The notes beneath the pieces were generated by a model that saw only the letters and a list, made by a program, of their open reading frames with translations, searched no databases and had not been told where the DNA came from. A DNA stretch of 64,000 nucleotides from Octopus vulgaris (taxonomy: Eukaryota), in the NCBI GenBank assembly GCA_951406725.2, contig OX597818.1, forward strand, positions 29,760,001 through 29,824,000, written 5' to 3'. Shown piece by piece: positions 28,803 through 41,522 of this stretch. A program made the position numbers and the translations under genes. Position 1 is the stretch's first letter; each line of letters begins with the position of its first letter.

Positions 28803-28923
28803 ATGCTCCACAAACTGGATCTACAGACGTTGCTTGTGAATGGATGCAAAATCCTTTTGAATTGGCTGCTCTGCAAGATAAGCTAGGCAGTATTATTGGT
28901 ACTCCATCCACTTATATTCAAAG
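28803..28923 (+). CDS. NAP1L1: NAP1-like coding exon 3 (DAPQTGSTDVACEWMQNPFELAALQDKLGSIIGTPSTYIQ)
   Basis: ctttcag| and |gtattt. The MQNP..LAALQ.KL......TP..YI motif is typical of NAP1L. Confidence 0.92.
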
Positions 28924-28940
28924 GTATTTTATTTTGTTTG

Positions 28941-29222
28941 TCATTTGACTGAGTTTATGCTGGAGCACCACCTTTGGTTGAAGAGATTAACCCTATGGCG
29001 CATTCCTTCTAGGTCTAGAACTTATTCTATCAGTCTCTTTTGGGGACATAAACGCACCATCAGTTGTCAAGTGATACCACACACACATGATGGGCCTCTT
29101 TCAATTTCCATCTACCAAATCCACTCAAAGGTTTAGTCAGCCTGAGGTTATAATAGACACTTGCCCAAGGTGCCATGTGGTTGGGAAGCAAGTGTCTTAG
29201 CACACAGCCATACCAGCACCTA
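28941..29222 (-). mobile_element. SINE family A, diverged intronic copy
   Basis: tcatttgactg...gctggagcaccacc...ctaccaaatccactca...cacttgcccaaggtgcca. Confidence 0.7.
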
Positions 29223-29450
29223 TTCAAGCTATTATAGCTTTCCTGTTGCTAGATTTACACAGGGTTGTTACTTAATATTATAAGCAGTTAGATATTGTTA
29301 GTATGATTTTACTACCTTTTAACTAGCCCTTCAGTAGCACCTTAATAGTTATCTCTGTTACTAGCATTTAGTATTTTAGGCTATGTCTCTGATTTGCTCT
29401 GCTTTCTATAACACCTTGTAAAGTGCCGTATTTCAATATATTAGATAATA

Positions 29451-29795
29451 TTCTGTTTAGGGAGAATCAATTTCTTTTTGTTCCTTGTAATGTAACACTC
29501 ACCGGTAAAATTTCCACTTATTTCTTATTTTTATTTTCCTAAAATTTTCATTGCATCTTGCAACCTTTTCAATAGTTTTGACTCTAGAGTCAAGAGTTGA
29601 GATATTGAGAAGGCTGCAAGACGCGACGAAAATTTTAGGGGAAAAAAAAAGAAGAAAAAAGTGGTAATTTTACTGGTGAGTGTTACATTATAAGGCACAA
29701 AAAGGAAGTGACTCTCTTCAGACACAACAGAATATGCTTCAACACACGAACTTGTATAAAGAATCTTGCATACCAAATCCAAAAACGGAATTTTC
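29451..29795. repeat. Palindromic dispersed repeat (Penelope-like end), also at 51686-51990 and partly 28023-28160
   Basis: Inverted arms of ~125 bp around ttgactctagagtcaa. Confidence 0.7.
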
Positions 29796-29819
29796 AAAAA
29801 AACCTTCAGGCAAAATAAA

Positions 29820-30325
29820 AACAGTCTAATGGTTAAGCATCAGGAGGTAAATTGTGTTGTGGACCTGTGTTTTTTGTAAAATCAGAAATAGTGTTTGGTG
29901 TCGTAATTTTTTGCCATGTTTACAATATCGTTTTCATCACTTTCGTTATCGAAATCTTCATCTGACGAATACTCACTGATATCAATATCAGATTCATCCG
30001 AAGACAAAATACTTTTGTTTTTGTTTATATCTTCTATATCATCAATTGTAACTCCTTCAAAGTCGGAATTGCTACTTGCTGACACCATTTCTTTCACAAC
30101 AATGGTAAACACTTCTCTTTGTGGAAATAACCATGTGGTTTAAACAATTTCACAGTATTTATACTTGAATAAAGGCGGGAAAGGCTTCATCTTGCATTAT
30201 CTCAAAGCTATAAGAATTCAATAACGTGATTTGTTTATTTCTTAGCGATTTCATAGAGCTTTCGAATACGGCTGGTTTGAACAAATAAAGCGGAATTAAT
30301 TTTGGCCGGTTTGAACACTAGAGGG
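29820..30325 (-). mobile_element. piggyBac 5' remnant (TIR and acidic transposase N-terminus)
   Basis: End ggccggtttgaacactagaggg matches the inner MITE TIR. ORF MVSASSNSDFEGVTIDDI...SSDESDIDISEYSSDEDFD resembles piggyBac acidic N-termini. Confidence 0.6.
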
Positions 30326-30369
30326 TGAAGCCACTTAAGCTGCTCATAGATCTTCTTTATCATTTTGTG

Positions 30370-30800
30370 TTTAAAAGTTAATCTTTTCATATCCTACCAA
30401 ACAGGCAACTTTATGTGGGTAAAGACCTTTAGCCTGGGGTGCTGCTGTTTCTCTTTATTTTACCGTCCGTCTTTGGCACTTGACGTTTTTATAGAGGACC
30501 CATTTCTCATCACCCGTCATTATTCGGTCAAAAAAAAATAGTTCATTCGTGAGCTGTGACAGCAAAGAAGAGCACACATTCACTATGTGCAATTACACAA
30601 AGTTTGTGAGGAACCCATTGACCAAATTTGAGTTTTCCAATGGCATGCCGGTGTCAATGAATGGTTGAATGACCAAATCCAATCTTCTTTGCCAGTTCCG
30701 CAACAGTTACGATGGGATTTTGTTCCAGGGTTTGAAGGATGTCCTTGTCTAGGCTGTAGTTTCCGGCTCACTGTTGACATTGGCTTATGCTTATTGTCTG
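30370..30800 (-). mobile_element. mariner transposase remnant
   Basis: Frameshifted GQWVPHKL, VNVCSSLLSQLTNE, DRIMTGDEKWVLYKNVK and KGLYPHK, the mariner WVPHxL and TGDEKW signatures. Confidence 0.85.
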
Positions 30801-32267
30801 GCTTCCATCTACTGTATTAATATTCCTCGCACTTTGCATTGTATTGTTGCTTTTATTGAACTTGTAAAGCAAAATATGCTGAATATTCTCCTTTGTCACT
30901 TCCTTTGAAAAAGTAACTGAGAATCAAACTGCACTCTTCGAAACTTCTGTTTTGCAAGATAAAATTGTTAAGTGATTATTCTGATCAAAATTAAAGAGAA
31001 GGTTGATAATTTTTCAGCATTTTCCATTGTTTCTATACTAACAACACTTGACAAAAAGTTCAGTGCCCAATGTAACCTGGATGAAAAATCAGATTGAAGT
31101 TAGACATTGAATATGCACAGAAGAAAAATATATATTGCTCTGGTTATCATCCCCAAAGCCTTAACTGCATTTGATTCATCGAATAAGTTGTTCATTATTT
31201 AGTTGCCATTTTCTGAAGAAAGCTTCATTTAACAAAGAAAGTGTGCAACAATTTGGTACCATGTGGGTTGATGTTAACAAACAGAATGAAAATGAATTAT
31301 AGAGGAAAGAATTAAGCAGGTCTTAGTTTTCGAGCAGTGTAGGTTGGGCTGGGGTACTGTGTGGATCTGTGTTGTACAGGGATGTTAGGTTTGTTTGAAA
31401 AACTTCCTCTTATGCAAACTTTAAAATTTCCTTCAAAGCTTATTGTTTTTCTTTTTGTTAAAATTCAATTTTCTGAAAGAATAAAAACAACTTAAATGAA
31501 TTATTCATGAGTTAGTTGCTGTCTACAAAAGTGGCAAATATTTATGTAAATATAGTTATAAAACAATCATATGAGCTAATAGTAATAGTGCTTACTTGAA
31601 AATATTGAAATTTTGTTCCCTTTTGGTTTTTAGTTATGACTGAAGTATTAGAATTTTCAGTATTTGTAATGTAATTTTGTAGGATAATGGTATAGCTGTG
31701 TCTTTGAGTTATTATTCCAATCACATAGTTTCAGATTCAGCCTCTCTGCACAATACTTTTGACAATTGCCTTGCATCCAAAGAATGTCAAGCACATCCAA
31801 AGAATGCGTTAGTAATATTTGTGTAACCTATGCAGGGTAAAAGAAAATGGATCACAAATGAACGTTCTGAAGGACTATTAAAAGTGCACTTGAAATTTAA
31901 CTTCTTTAGTATGCTTCTAAATAAAATAATCTCCCCACCTATAATTTAGTTCAATTCTAAAATGAACTTAGAAGTCATAAATCTTATTTTTTGATATGAA
32001 AATTTCATTTGGGCACGGCAGGATTATAAATTTAGAATTTTCAGTTATAAAATTTTACTGGGTAATTCAAATTTAGCTGTTAAGTATTGCTGTACGAGTT
32101 AATGTTAAGCTTTTGATAAAGGAAATTGTGCATTGATGTGCTTGTGGTTATTTATAAATTTCCTAAATGTATTAACATTTTGAATTTTCTTGCTGTATGT
32201 AGACTCTACAGTGCCTTTTATTTAATCCCAATAATCATACTCTGTGTTGGATTTTTTTTTCTTTCAG

Positions 32268-32409
32268 TTTACCTAAATGTGTTAAGCGGAGAATAAAAGC
32301 CTTAAAGAAACTCCAATTTGAAACAACTAAAATTGAATCTGATTTCTATGAAGAGCTTCACTCATTGGAATGCAAATTTGCTGAGAAATATGCTCCATTC
32401 TATGACAAA
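32268..32409 (+). CDS. NAP1L1: NAP1-like coding exon 4 (LPKCVKRRIKALKKLQ...KYAPFYDK)
   Basis: NAP dimerisation helix; tttcag| and |gtgaga. Confidence 0.95.
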
Positions 32410-32502
32410 GTGAGATTTTCATTGTAACTATTGAGTTAATTGCTTATGCTTTAATGTTAATTTTAAGTCATTTTAATTTTACTTTCTCAACTCTTTTTGT
32501 AG

Positions 32503-32577
32503 AGAAAAGATATTGTGAATGCTAATGTTGAACCCACAGATGAAGAATGTGATTGGTCGAGTGATGAAGAATTAGCA
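32503..32577 (+). CDS. NAP1L1: NAP1-like coding exon 5 (RKDIVNANVEPTDEECDWSSDEELA)
   Basis: EPTDEECxW motif; ttgtag| and |gtatgt. Confidence 0.93.
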
Positions 32578-33548
32578 GTATGTATCACATTTTCATGCAC
32601 CAGTTTAGTGTCAATAATATTGACATTAATGTACTAAATTCTCTTTTTTTTTTAATTGAAGCAAAAGTTGTGCATTTTAGAAATATAAGTAATGTATGGG
32701 TTAAGTGGCTAATTTATTGCATGGGTAATTTACATCTGATTCAATTATTTTGTATAATGCTTTAGTATTGAATGGATTTAAATTCTGAAATTTTTGATTT
32801 AAAGTTTAGTTTCCATCAAATGTAATTATTTATAGATATGCTAAATCTAAGCTATAACGCTTGTTTGAAAATGGTTCAGAAATAAATTTGTTCCTGTGTC
32901 TGATAAGTAGCTTTGCAAATAGCTGTCAATATGTATGATAAAAAAAAAAATGAAATTACTTTTTCTCCATACTGAAATTTGAATATTATCTTTTGATGTG
33001 GAAATTTGTGACTTAGATTCAAGTAGGTTTAAATTATTTCTTCCCAAAGTGTTTAAATATGAAATAGCTATAAATGAATATGGAATTGTAAATTCTTTCT
33101 GTACAAAAAATTTCTGCTTAAAAGATAACATCTGCATTTCCATGCTTGCATGGGTTTAACTGAATTTGAGGCAGGTTTTCTACATCCAGATGCCCTTGTT
33201 TCCAGGCAAGTTAGTTTCCCCATTGCTAGACATGTTTGCTCAGAGCATTGCAAATGACATTCCTTGGATGGCACTCATTTACAACTATTGTGATGTCAAG
33301 ACAAGGACACATACACTCATGGGTGATTGGACAAATAAAAGAAAGGCACTTAACACATTTAGTAGGAATTACACTATTATTTAAAACGGTTCCATTCAGC
33401 CCAATGTACCTTAGTGTCATAACAGCCACCAAAACCAACAAGCTAGGTTTCTGTAAGGAGCATACAAAGCTTAAGATTGCATAGAGTTGCATCAAACTGT
33501 TTTAAATATTTCTAACGAGCATGTAATAGAGGTTCAAATTTTTTCCAG

Positions 33549-33621
33549 GATGATATGCGAAATAAAGCCGCAGTTGAGGATAAGCCAGAACAAAAAGAAC
33601 CTGAGGTTGAGGTTTTAGATG
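33549..33621 (+). CDS. NAP1L1: NAP1-like coding exon 6 (DDMRNKAAVEDKPEQKEPEVEVLD)
   Basis: ttccag| and |gtaagt. Needed to restore phase 1 into the next exon. Confidence 0.85.
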
Positions 33622-34468
33622 GTAAGTATTTAAATTCAGTTATTTAGCTATTAACACAACTGATTGTCAAAAGATGTAAGCAATATAACAATTATCTTTT
33701 TCTGATATCATTGGCTTTTGTTTTCCAAAGCTGGTATAGGTTGGACTGAACATTATAGTCTGTCATTTGTTATTGGGAAGTCACTCCTAATGACTGGTTA
33801 TGTGACATTAATTCCAGTTTCTTTGGCTAGATGACCCTCGTATTGCCAATCATATTGCAATTTGATCTGCATACATTTTCTTGTGGCACCAACACTAAAG
33901 CGCCCATTAACCTTGGGCATGTAGACTGAGAAGGGAATGTGAAGGAGTAATAATAGTAGAAAGGCTAGAAATAGGTAGTTATCAAGGTGTAAATATATTG
34001 TACTTGGTAGCCAATGGCACGTCTATTTATGAGAGGAGGGAGCTAGACATCAAAAGGACTGAAAGGGAATAAGGCAGAATCAAGAGTATAAAGGAAAGTG
34101 CAGGAGTATTTGGAGTAGGCAGTAGAATAATAAATGAGCAAGACAAGGGTGCTGATGAGTTAGTGGCAATAGGGGTACACCCAGAAAATTTAGTGCAGAA
34201 TGTAATGTTAAAGTGAAGCTAATTTATTAGGTGGAGTGGTAGTCCAATGCAGTCTGTTGGATATGGGTTTAGAGAACAGCGAGTCATGAAAGTGTATGGT
34301 GCAATTTGCATAAGTGTAGAGATAAGTCTTTCTTGCTAAAATACAATCTGCAAGTAAAAGTTGATGTATGGATATTACTGAGGTTTTCTGAAACAGCAAT
34401 TGGGAATTACTAAACATCAACCTATCAATTGTAAAGTTTTAATTAAAATTTTATTTATTTTTTTCCAG

Positions 34469-34542
34469 AAAATACAAAAGGTATTCCTCATTTCTGGTTG
34501 ACAGTCTTCAAGAATGTAGATATTCTTTCAGAAATGGTTCAG
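34469..34542 (+). CDS. NAP1L1: NAP1-like coding exon 7 (ENTKGIPHFWLTVFKNVDILSEMVQ)
   Basis: KGIPxFWLT hallmark of the NAP1 family. Confidence 0.96.
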
Positions 34543-34844
34543 GTAAATAGATTACTTTCAGTTACAAATGTGTGTTGGGCATCCATAATGTCGGAAGAAA
34601 ACTGACTTAATTTCTATTAGCCCTCTTTTTTTTTCTCCCCCCCCCCTCTTTCTCTTCTGTTGAGCTAGATTATAAATTAACCAACTGAATTGGCTTGTGT
34701 TGCTTTACTAGTTTTCGTACAAGTTCACATTTGTTAGATATTGGGTGTAAATTCAATAGTTTATTTTTCTTTTTACTTCAAAACCCTAACAAAATCTTGT
34801 GAGTTCTGGTGGGATTTCAGCTCTGAAAAGATAGCACAACTGTG

Positions 34845-35040
34845 GCTAAGCATTTAAACTGGCCATATCCAGCCAAAATGTTTACCCATTTTGCATTGAA
34901 ACTGGCCAGATCTGGCTTCTCAGACCTACACAAGTCATAAAACAAACATTATTGAGATCTTGAAGCTGCATGTTATGATTTATTCAAAACAATGTGAATA
35001 AGCATTACATTTGACAGTAATCTGAATACTGAAGATTTAA
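34845..35040. mobile_element. Diverged copy of the inner piggyBac MITE
   Basis: aaactggccatatccagccaaaat...atctgaatactgaagatttaa is the reverse complement of 28468-28679. Confidence 0.6.
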
Positions 35041-35350
35041 CCCACCACTATGGGTCTACTAAGCATGCTGTTCTGTATAGATTAACTGCATGGTTTTCTA
35101 TTTTTGTATATTTGATGTGTCAGTTTTAATGGGTAGATATAATCTATACATGGGGCTCAACGTTGACAGGAAACCTTTTTTGAGTACAAAATGTTTTGAG
35201 ATTTAAGATTTTTTTTTTTTTTTTTTTTTGCCAAACATGAAAAATTTGTACATTGCTTATTTTTGCCAGTTGTTAGTAACACCTTTGTTTTCATTATCTT
35301 TGAAGAATTGTAATTAATGTAAACTTTTTTTTATCCTCCATTTAAATTAG

Positions 35351-35419
35351 GAACATGATGAACCTATTCTGCAACATCTTATTGATATAAAGTGTGTTTT
35401 CTCAGAGAAAGACCCAATG
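35351..35419 (+). CDS. NAP1L1: NAP1-like coding exon 8 (EHDEPILQHLIDIKCVFSEKDPM)
   Basis: EHDEPIL motif; aattag| and |gtgagt. Confidence 0.95.
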
Positions 35420-35608
35420 GTGAGTTCTCTTTCTGGACTTTAACATTTTGTAAGGAGTTGGATAATTCCTAAGTTATGATGTACAATTTTTAATCTTGAA
35501 TAAGTGCCACTTAAAATAATCTGATGGTTATTATTTACTCATTATATGTAACATTAACAGAATTACCAACTTGTTGAAATGAAAGTTCTTTACGTTTTCA
35601 TTTTACAG

Positions 35609-35748
35609 GGTTTCACCTTACAATTCTACTTTGAACCAAATGATTTTATCAAGAATAGTGTATTAACAAAGAAATATATTATGAAATCAGAGCCTGATGT
35701 AAATGATCCTTTCTCCTTTGAAGGCCCAGAAATAATAAAATGTGTTGG
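35609..35748 (+). CDS. NAP1L1: NAP1-like coding exon 9 (GFTLQFYFEPNDF...DPFSFEGPEIIKCVG)
   Basis: FEPNxF..N.VLTK.Y and DPFSFEGPEI motifs. Confidence 0.96.
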
Positions 35749-35843
35749 GTAAGTGGGTAAATTCTTTTGGAGCCAGCTGTCCACTAATTTTTCTCCTCTG
35801 CTTCAGTCATTAATAATGCTTGTCAAATCTTTGTTTCTTTTAG

Positions 35844-35989
35844 TTGTCCAATAGAATGGAAAAAGGGAAAAGATGTTACTGTGAAAGTGTTGAAGAAAAA
35901 ACTGAAGCATAAAGGTAGAGGAACGACAAGGACTGTTACAAAAACTGTAGAAATTGATTCCTTTTTCAATTTCTTCAATCCTCCTACAG
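35844..35989 (+). CDS. NAP1L1: NAP1-like coding exon 10 (CPIEWKKGKDVTVK...KHKGRGTTRTVTKTVEIDSFFNFFNPP)
   Basis: NLS beta-hairpin and SFFNFF hallmark. Confidence 0.96.
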
Positions 35990-36080
35990 GTAAAATTTTC
36001 TGACTTGTTCTATCTGCATAGATTATTTTGTATGGTGAAATGTTGAGTTATTCTAAAAAAAATTTTTTATTTCTTTTTAG

Positions 36081-36103
36081 TTCCTGCTGATGAATCAGAG
36101 CTG
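36081..36103 (+). CDS. NAP1L1: NAP1-like coding exon 11, 23-nt microexon (VPADESEL)
   Basis: tttttag| and |gtaagt. Required for the phase 1 to 0 transition. Confidence 0.88.
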
Positions 36104-36194
36104 GTAAGTTTTGGCTTCACATACATTTTGATTTGAATTTTTTTCTTCTCATTTTACATTTTTATTATTTAATTTTTTAAAAATGTTTTTTAAG

Positions 36195-36314
36195 GATGAG
36201 AATGCTGAAACAATTTTGGCAACAGATTTTGAAGTTGGGCACTTTATACGAGAAAGAATCATCCCAAAGGCTGTTTTGTATTTTACTGGCGAAGCATTGG
36301 AAGATGATGAAGAT
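36195..36314 (+). CDS. NAP1L1: NAP1-like coding exon 12 (DENAETILATDFEVGHFIRERIIPKAVLYFTGEALEDDED)
   Basis: DFEVGHFIRERIIPKAVLYFTGEA hallmark; AAG acceptor and |gtaaat donor. Confidence 0.95.
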
Positions 36315-36827
36315 GTAAATATTGATTCCTCCTGTTCTCTGACCCATTGTTATATTTGTGACTGTTCTCTTATTTTAATTAAATTCTAAAATCTTTAAAT
36401 TTGTTTCGTAAACCATTAATTGGTTTCATATAAAGATCTCTGTCTTATGAATTCTCTCATAGCTATTCTACGGGTAAAGTCTGAAATATACAGTCTTAAT
36501 TTTTCGTTCTGGAAATCAAATATAAATTTTAAATTACATTCTCAATTGAATACTGTTCTGTCACAGCTTTATCCCCCCCACACCACCATACTTAATACAG
36601 TGCTAGTCAACAGATTACTTCATTCTTTGATACATCTACTTGCTTACATCAGTAACATTATCAAATTATATTGAACTGTCAATATTCTAGTTATTTGTAA
36701 CATAGCACAGGGGGAAAATGTGACATAAATTTAGTTTGTATAGAGAATTCTTAAAGGAAGTTTTTGACTTTTATGCTTCAAGGTATTGTTTTACAATTTT
36801 ATTTGCATAAATTTTTTTTCATTTCAG

Positions 36828-36854
36828 TATGAAGAGGAGGGTGATGAAGAGGAG
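36828..36854 (+). CDS. NAP1L1: NAP1-like coding exon 13, 27-nt microexon (YEEEGDEEE)
   Basis: tttcag| and |gtaagt; acidic C-terminal tail. Confidence 0.88.
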
Positions 36855-38642
36855 GTAAGTTAATGCTTAAATTAGTTTGAGAGACTTTAACATGTATCTA
36901 GATTAGTTTTAAAATGAAATATTGTTTCACTAAAAATTTTATCAGTTCCCTAGAGAATCTGAAACTACTTAATTCTTTAGTGTTCGTATACCTAATTCTA
37001 CAGACTGAAAGTGCTTCCTGGTTAAAATTTTTCACATAGTAAGCCATCATAAATTATCAGTTAACTGTCACTTAGTAATTAAATTTCATTCGTATAAAAT
37101 TGTCAGCAACTACAGACTAAAGAATACTCCAAATAAAATAATTAAAATAGAATGTTAATTGTGCACCATATTTAGAACAATAATTGCAAATCCTTCATTT
37201 GGTTTTTTTTTTCTTTTCTTTTTAATAGATAAATTCTGACTAGCTTTTTCTTCAGTTTTCTACTATAACAGGTGGGAAGGGTTTTCATGCAACAATTGCT
37301 TTCACCACTTCAGTATATTCAAGAAATACTTTGTATGACTAGGAGTGCTGTGGAAAATATCTGTATTATGTTTACTATAAATCAAGAGCTGATAAGATTT
37401 ATTCTCTTCGCTATAGCTTTGGGTTTGTTTTTGCATATTTGGATTATGCCATCCGTATGGTACCCTTTCTTACCAAAAGGTGTTTTGTTCTTCAAATTTT
37501 ATGAATTGACATCCCTATAATTTAACAGTTCAGTTACAATGTTTGTGATACTAGTTCATCTTAATTTTTCTGCTTGTTTCATCAGAATTAGTTGTTATCC
37601 ATTGAAGTGCACACTTGAGCATGAGTGTTAAAATGTGTTCTTGCTAGGCTTTATGCATCCAAGTGATAATCCCACTGCTTGACCATTGGTTTGACAATTG
37701 TAATTTTCAGACTATGGTTAAGGGGTACATTGGTATCACTTAAGCACAGTTATTGTTGGAATAAGAAATGCAAGTCTATTGGCAGGCTTTTCCATTCAGG
37801 TTTTAGTTGAACAAGTCTTTTCTGATAATCATTTGACAATCAATAATTAGGGAGTGTTTATGTTACATCTTATTTTCTGATTCGTTTGAAATACTTGGGA
37901 TAAAATTGATTTTAACATGCTCTGAACCCTTACTGTATATGATACAAAGTTATGTATAATCTTCTATATTTCAATGAACCCAATTAAAGAAGGAATAAAA
38001 AGTAAAATAATACCTTGTTTGACTGGAGTGGCTGATGGTGTGATGATTAGCTGTCTGGTTCTCCAAATATTTTCTAAGCAAAATCTTATTAGCGGCCCAT
38101 TCTGCAAGGCTCACCAAAGAGTTTTCACTAACCTAGCCAAACCCTTAAATTATTGTATGTATTGTAGTTAAGGGGTAGAACTGCCAATTTTGTGAGCAAA
38201 TCGTTGTTTTTGGTGAATGCTGTAGATTCCTATTAGTAATACTTTTGAGAGGTACAGGTGGTTTTGAGTTCAATCCCACTGTCTGACATCGTGTCTACAC
38301 CCTTGAGTTGACTAGAGCTTAGTGAGCGGATTTGGTATGGAGGGGGTGGGTTGAGTTCAGACATCCTCTCATTTGCTGGATGTAGACCATATCCTGCCTG
38401 TATATGTTCTCTGCTTAGCAATGTCCAGGCTGTGTTTGATACACTTGGAGTCCTTGCTTGGAAATGAGTTTGGTTGACATCTAACCATAAAAAAATTCCT
38501 CAACTTACACTTCACTTATCCGAGTCATAGAAGCTAGACATTAAAACACTAAAAGGTTTTCTTAGAAATGCAAAAGTGGACATAAATTTGTGTTAACTGA
38601 TATAGGTTCAACTGCATGTTTTTGTAGAGTAACTCTCCCTCT

Positions 38643-39400
38643 ATACAAGTGTGCTTTTGAAGTCACCATCTCAAGTGATAAATTTGTACCTCATTGAGCC
38701 CAACTTACGAGCCCTTTGAAAAAATTCAAGCATGCACTGTTGTCCTTAATGCACGAGTCACTTTAATCTCATGACTGCTTTGTTTTTGAGTTTCGTAAGT
38801 CATGGAGAGCAGGTGTGGTGTCCATTCCATGGACTGTTTCTCTGTTGATCATAAATCTAGATGTCATATTTCATGAGATTGTGTGTGAGGTCTCCACTGC
38901 CTTGAATTATTTCCAGTAGATCAAACTTCTACCCTTTAAATTCCATGTCAAATGCTCAAGTATTCTCTATATGCAAGCTTTCCAGTATTCAGTCTTCTCT
39001 TATGCACTGTGAAGTAGGACCAAGTGTGCAGCAAGCCCACAGTTTGTGGCTTGTCTGTCTTAATCAATTTGTCCACTTGCTGGCAGTTCATTTCAGTGTT
39101 CACAGTTGGTTTCCCATTGTGTAGTTGGTCTTCAATGCAAGTTTTCTTTCTTTGAACTTTATCTGTATACATGGCTCTCGGTGGTGTCCTCTCTAAACAA
39201 CCTGTAGCCTTCTAAGGATGTTGGCCTGCCTGCACCTCTCCTACATCAAGAACTTTGACTTCACATTGCTTCTGTTTGGGATCTATTATTTACCTGCAAT
39301 GGAGAACAGGAAGAAGCTACAGTACCAACATGTGCAATTTGAACAACGTATGTCAGTAGATAAGTTATTCCAATTTTTGATTCTATTCAGAACAACCCTT
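38643..39400 (-). mobile_element. Very degenerate mariner remnant
   Basis: IEDQLHNGKPTVNTEMNCQQVDKLIKTD resembles the mariner 'DEPRSGRP...V..LI..D' helix-turn-helix linker. Confidence 0.45.
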
Positions 39401-41471
39401 TGTGTGTGTTTGTGTAAAATTATATATTCCCCTTATTGTTATACACCTTTATTTTCCTAACATTGTGATAAATTGTTCGTCCATGTAGTCATAGCAATTT
39501 TTGAAGCTAAAGGCCATTTATAAATACCCAAATAGATGAAATTGTTACTTTGTAATGTTGTAATCTGTAGACTGTCACTTGTCAAGCCATCAAATGTGGT
39601 TGGAGGAAGAAAAGTTTCCCCAAAACAGCCATTCAATTTCTCATAAAATTTATCATTCTACAAATTTGAGGTGTCTAACTTCCAGAATGAAAATTACTTC
39701 ATTGCCAGTCTGTTCTGATCATTAATGAAAAGCAATTTTTACTTAATGTTTAGATTGCGGATATTTGATTTTATACTAGTCATGATCTTCTTGTTGATTT
39801 TGAATCTTCTATGATTCTAGTTGTATGCTAAATTTTTATATTAGGTTTTTTTCTCAAAATCACAGTAGTGGCTAAGCAACCTGTTCAATACAGTGGTTCC
39901 TCTCATTTGAGGAATAATTTGAGCCTACATATTGTGGTTTCCTTTTTTTCATATTGCGTTAGTGTGAAAAGCTGCTAGGCTCTAGGTGTTATACAAGGGT
40001 GGTTGCAAGACTTATTTTTCGAACTAATGAGAGGAGCACAATTAATCATTTTAAAGAATACCCCTCTTGGCAATGTTTGCAAGTCTGATCTGAAATTGTT
40101 TCAGGCTTAAAGTGGTGACCCTGTAAAGGACTCAGCAAAATATTCAGTCTATTCCGTTTTGTGGGTTTTTAAAAAAAATTTTTTAACCTGGCAAGTTTCT
40201 ACTTTGACTGTATTGTAGCGTAAAATTTTAATTTCTTACCCAGTTTTTATACTAGTCAGGATGTTTTTGTTGCATGAAATTAAAATGTAACTTTTAAATA
40301 CTTATTTATGTTAATTTTCTTTTTAGGCTTGTAATTTTAAAATAAAGTGATTATGTTGGGTTCATTAACTTAGCAATTTTTCCCTCTATTTTTTTTTTGT
40401 TTTGTTTTTTAACATCCAAGTGTGTATAACGACGAGCAATGTGGCCCCAGAATTTTTCATAAATTAACTTAGCTATATTTTATTATTTTATTCCCTCAGT
40501 TTTAGATGCAGACAAATAGGGGATAGGGAACACTATATACTTGTTGGATCTTCATAGTTGTGTGAAGATGACAGTGAAACTTCTTTACAATCTATTGTAA
40601 GTACTATTCCAAGTGTATAATACCTAATATAAATTAATGTAACTTGTTGGAGCACCATTGCTTGTCCTTCACATGCCATTTCTGGGTTTTTAATATTTAC
40701 TTTTATCATTGTTAGTGCAGTGATATTACCTTTCATGGATTTTTTCTCATTAGATTTGCAAAATTTGTTCAAGCTAAGGTAAATGGATTAATCATTAGCA
40801 GCCAAGATGAATTTTCTAAATGAAATATTAAATGATGGGGCTTTTGCTTTTTTTTTTTTTTTTTTTTACTCCACACTCCTGCTCATAGTATAAGGAAAGC
40901 CAAGTGTATTTTTATTACTAGCGGTTAAATGAACCTTTGCATATGCTCACTTAAATGCTATCTTTTTGTATATTTAAAAATTTTAACATTTTTCAAATAT
41001 TGTCTATAGCATTTTGTTTAGTGGTCTTTGAAGCTTTATTGATTGTTCCAGATCTGGCATTGTAATTTTGTCCACAATCCCTCCTGTTTATATTTTATCA
41101 CTGGTGGGTATCCTAAGATAAGGACACTGGTTGTAGTCTTACTGTAGTTCCTAGTTGCCCACTTTTCTCCTGTTTTCATTCTTGCACATTACTTTTGTAT
41201 ATTAGAACACTTGCATAGAAGAGCCTGTTTAGATTTTCAATTTTGGTCCTCTGATTAGATGGCCACTGGACACACATGAGACTAGAGTATTTCAGCATAG
41301 GTATGTGTGTTAATTTGTTGTGGTCTTTAAAGACAGGTTAGGTGTCTGAATGGGTGTTGCTATGTTAATGTAAAGTTGTGGTGATTGGTATCCTGGCATG
41401 TCTGTTGTCCTGCTTTAATTTGCTAGTTAAAGTGCACACTTGTTGCATGGGCTGTCTTTGCTTCCTTTCAG

Positions 41472-41522
41472 CATGAAGGTGACGAGTATGATGGAGAAAA
41501 TGACCCAGACTATAATCCTGAG
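41472..41522 (+). CDS. NAP1L1: NAP1-like coding exon 14 (HEGDEYDGENDPDYNPE)
   Basis: ctttcag| and |gtaaga; ENDPDY.P motif of the NAP1L tail. Confidence 0.9.

Noticed and set aside
29882-30112. Acidic ORF as an extra NAP1 exon or an antisense gene
   Set aside because: Wrong strand for NAP1 and adjacent to a piggyBac TIR; better explained as a transposase N-terminus.
36400-36435. SNORA54-like H/ACA snoRNA (vertebrate NAP1L4 hosts one)
   Set aside because: Only a tiny hairpin (aaacca/tggttt); no convincing two-hairpin, H-box or ACA architecture and no 3' guide.
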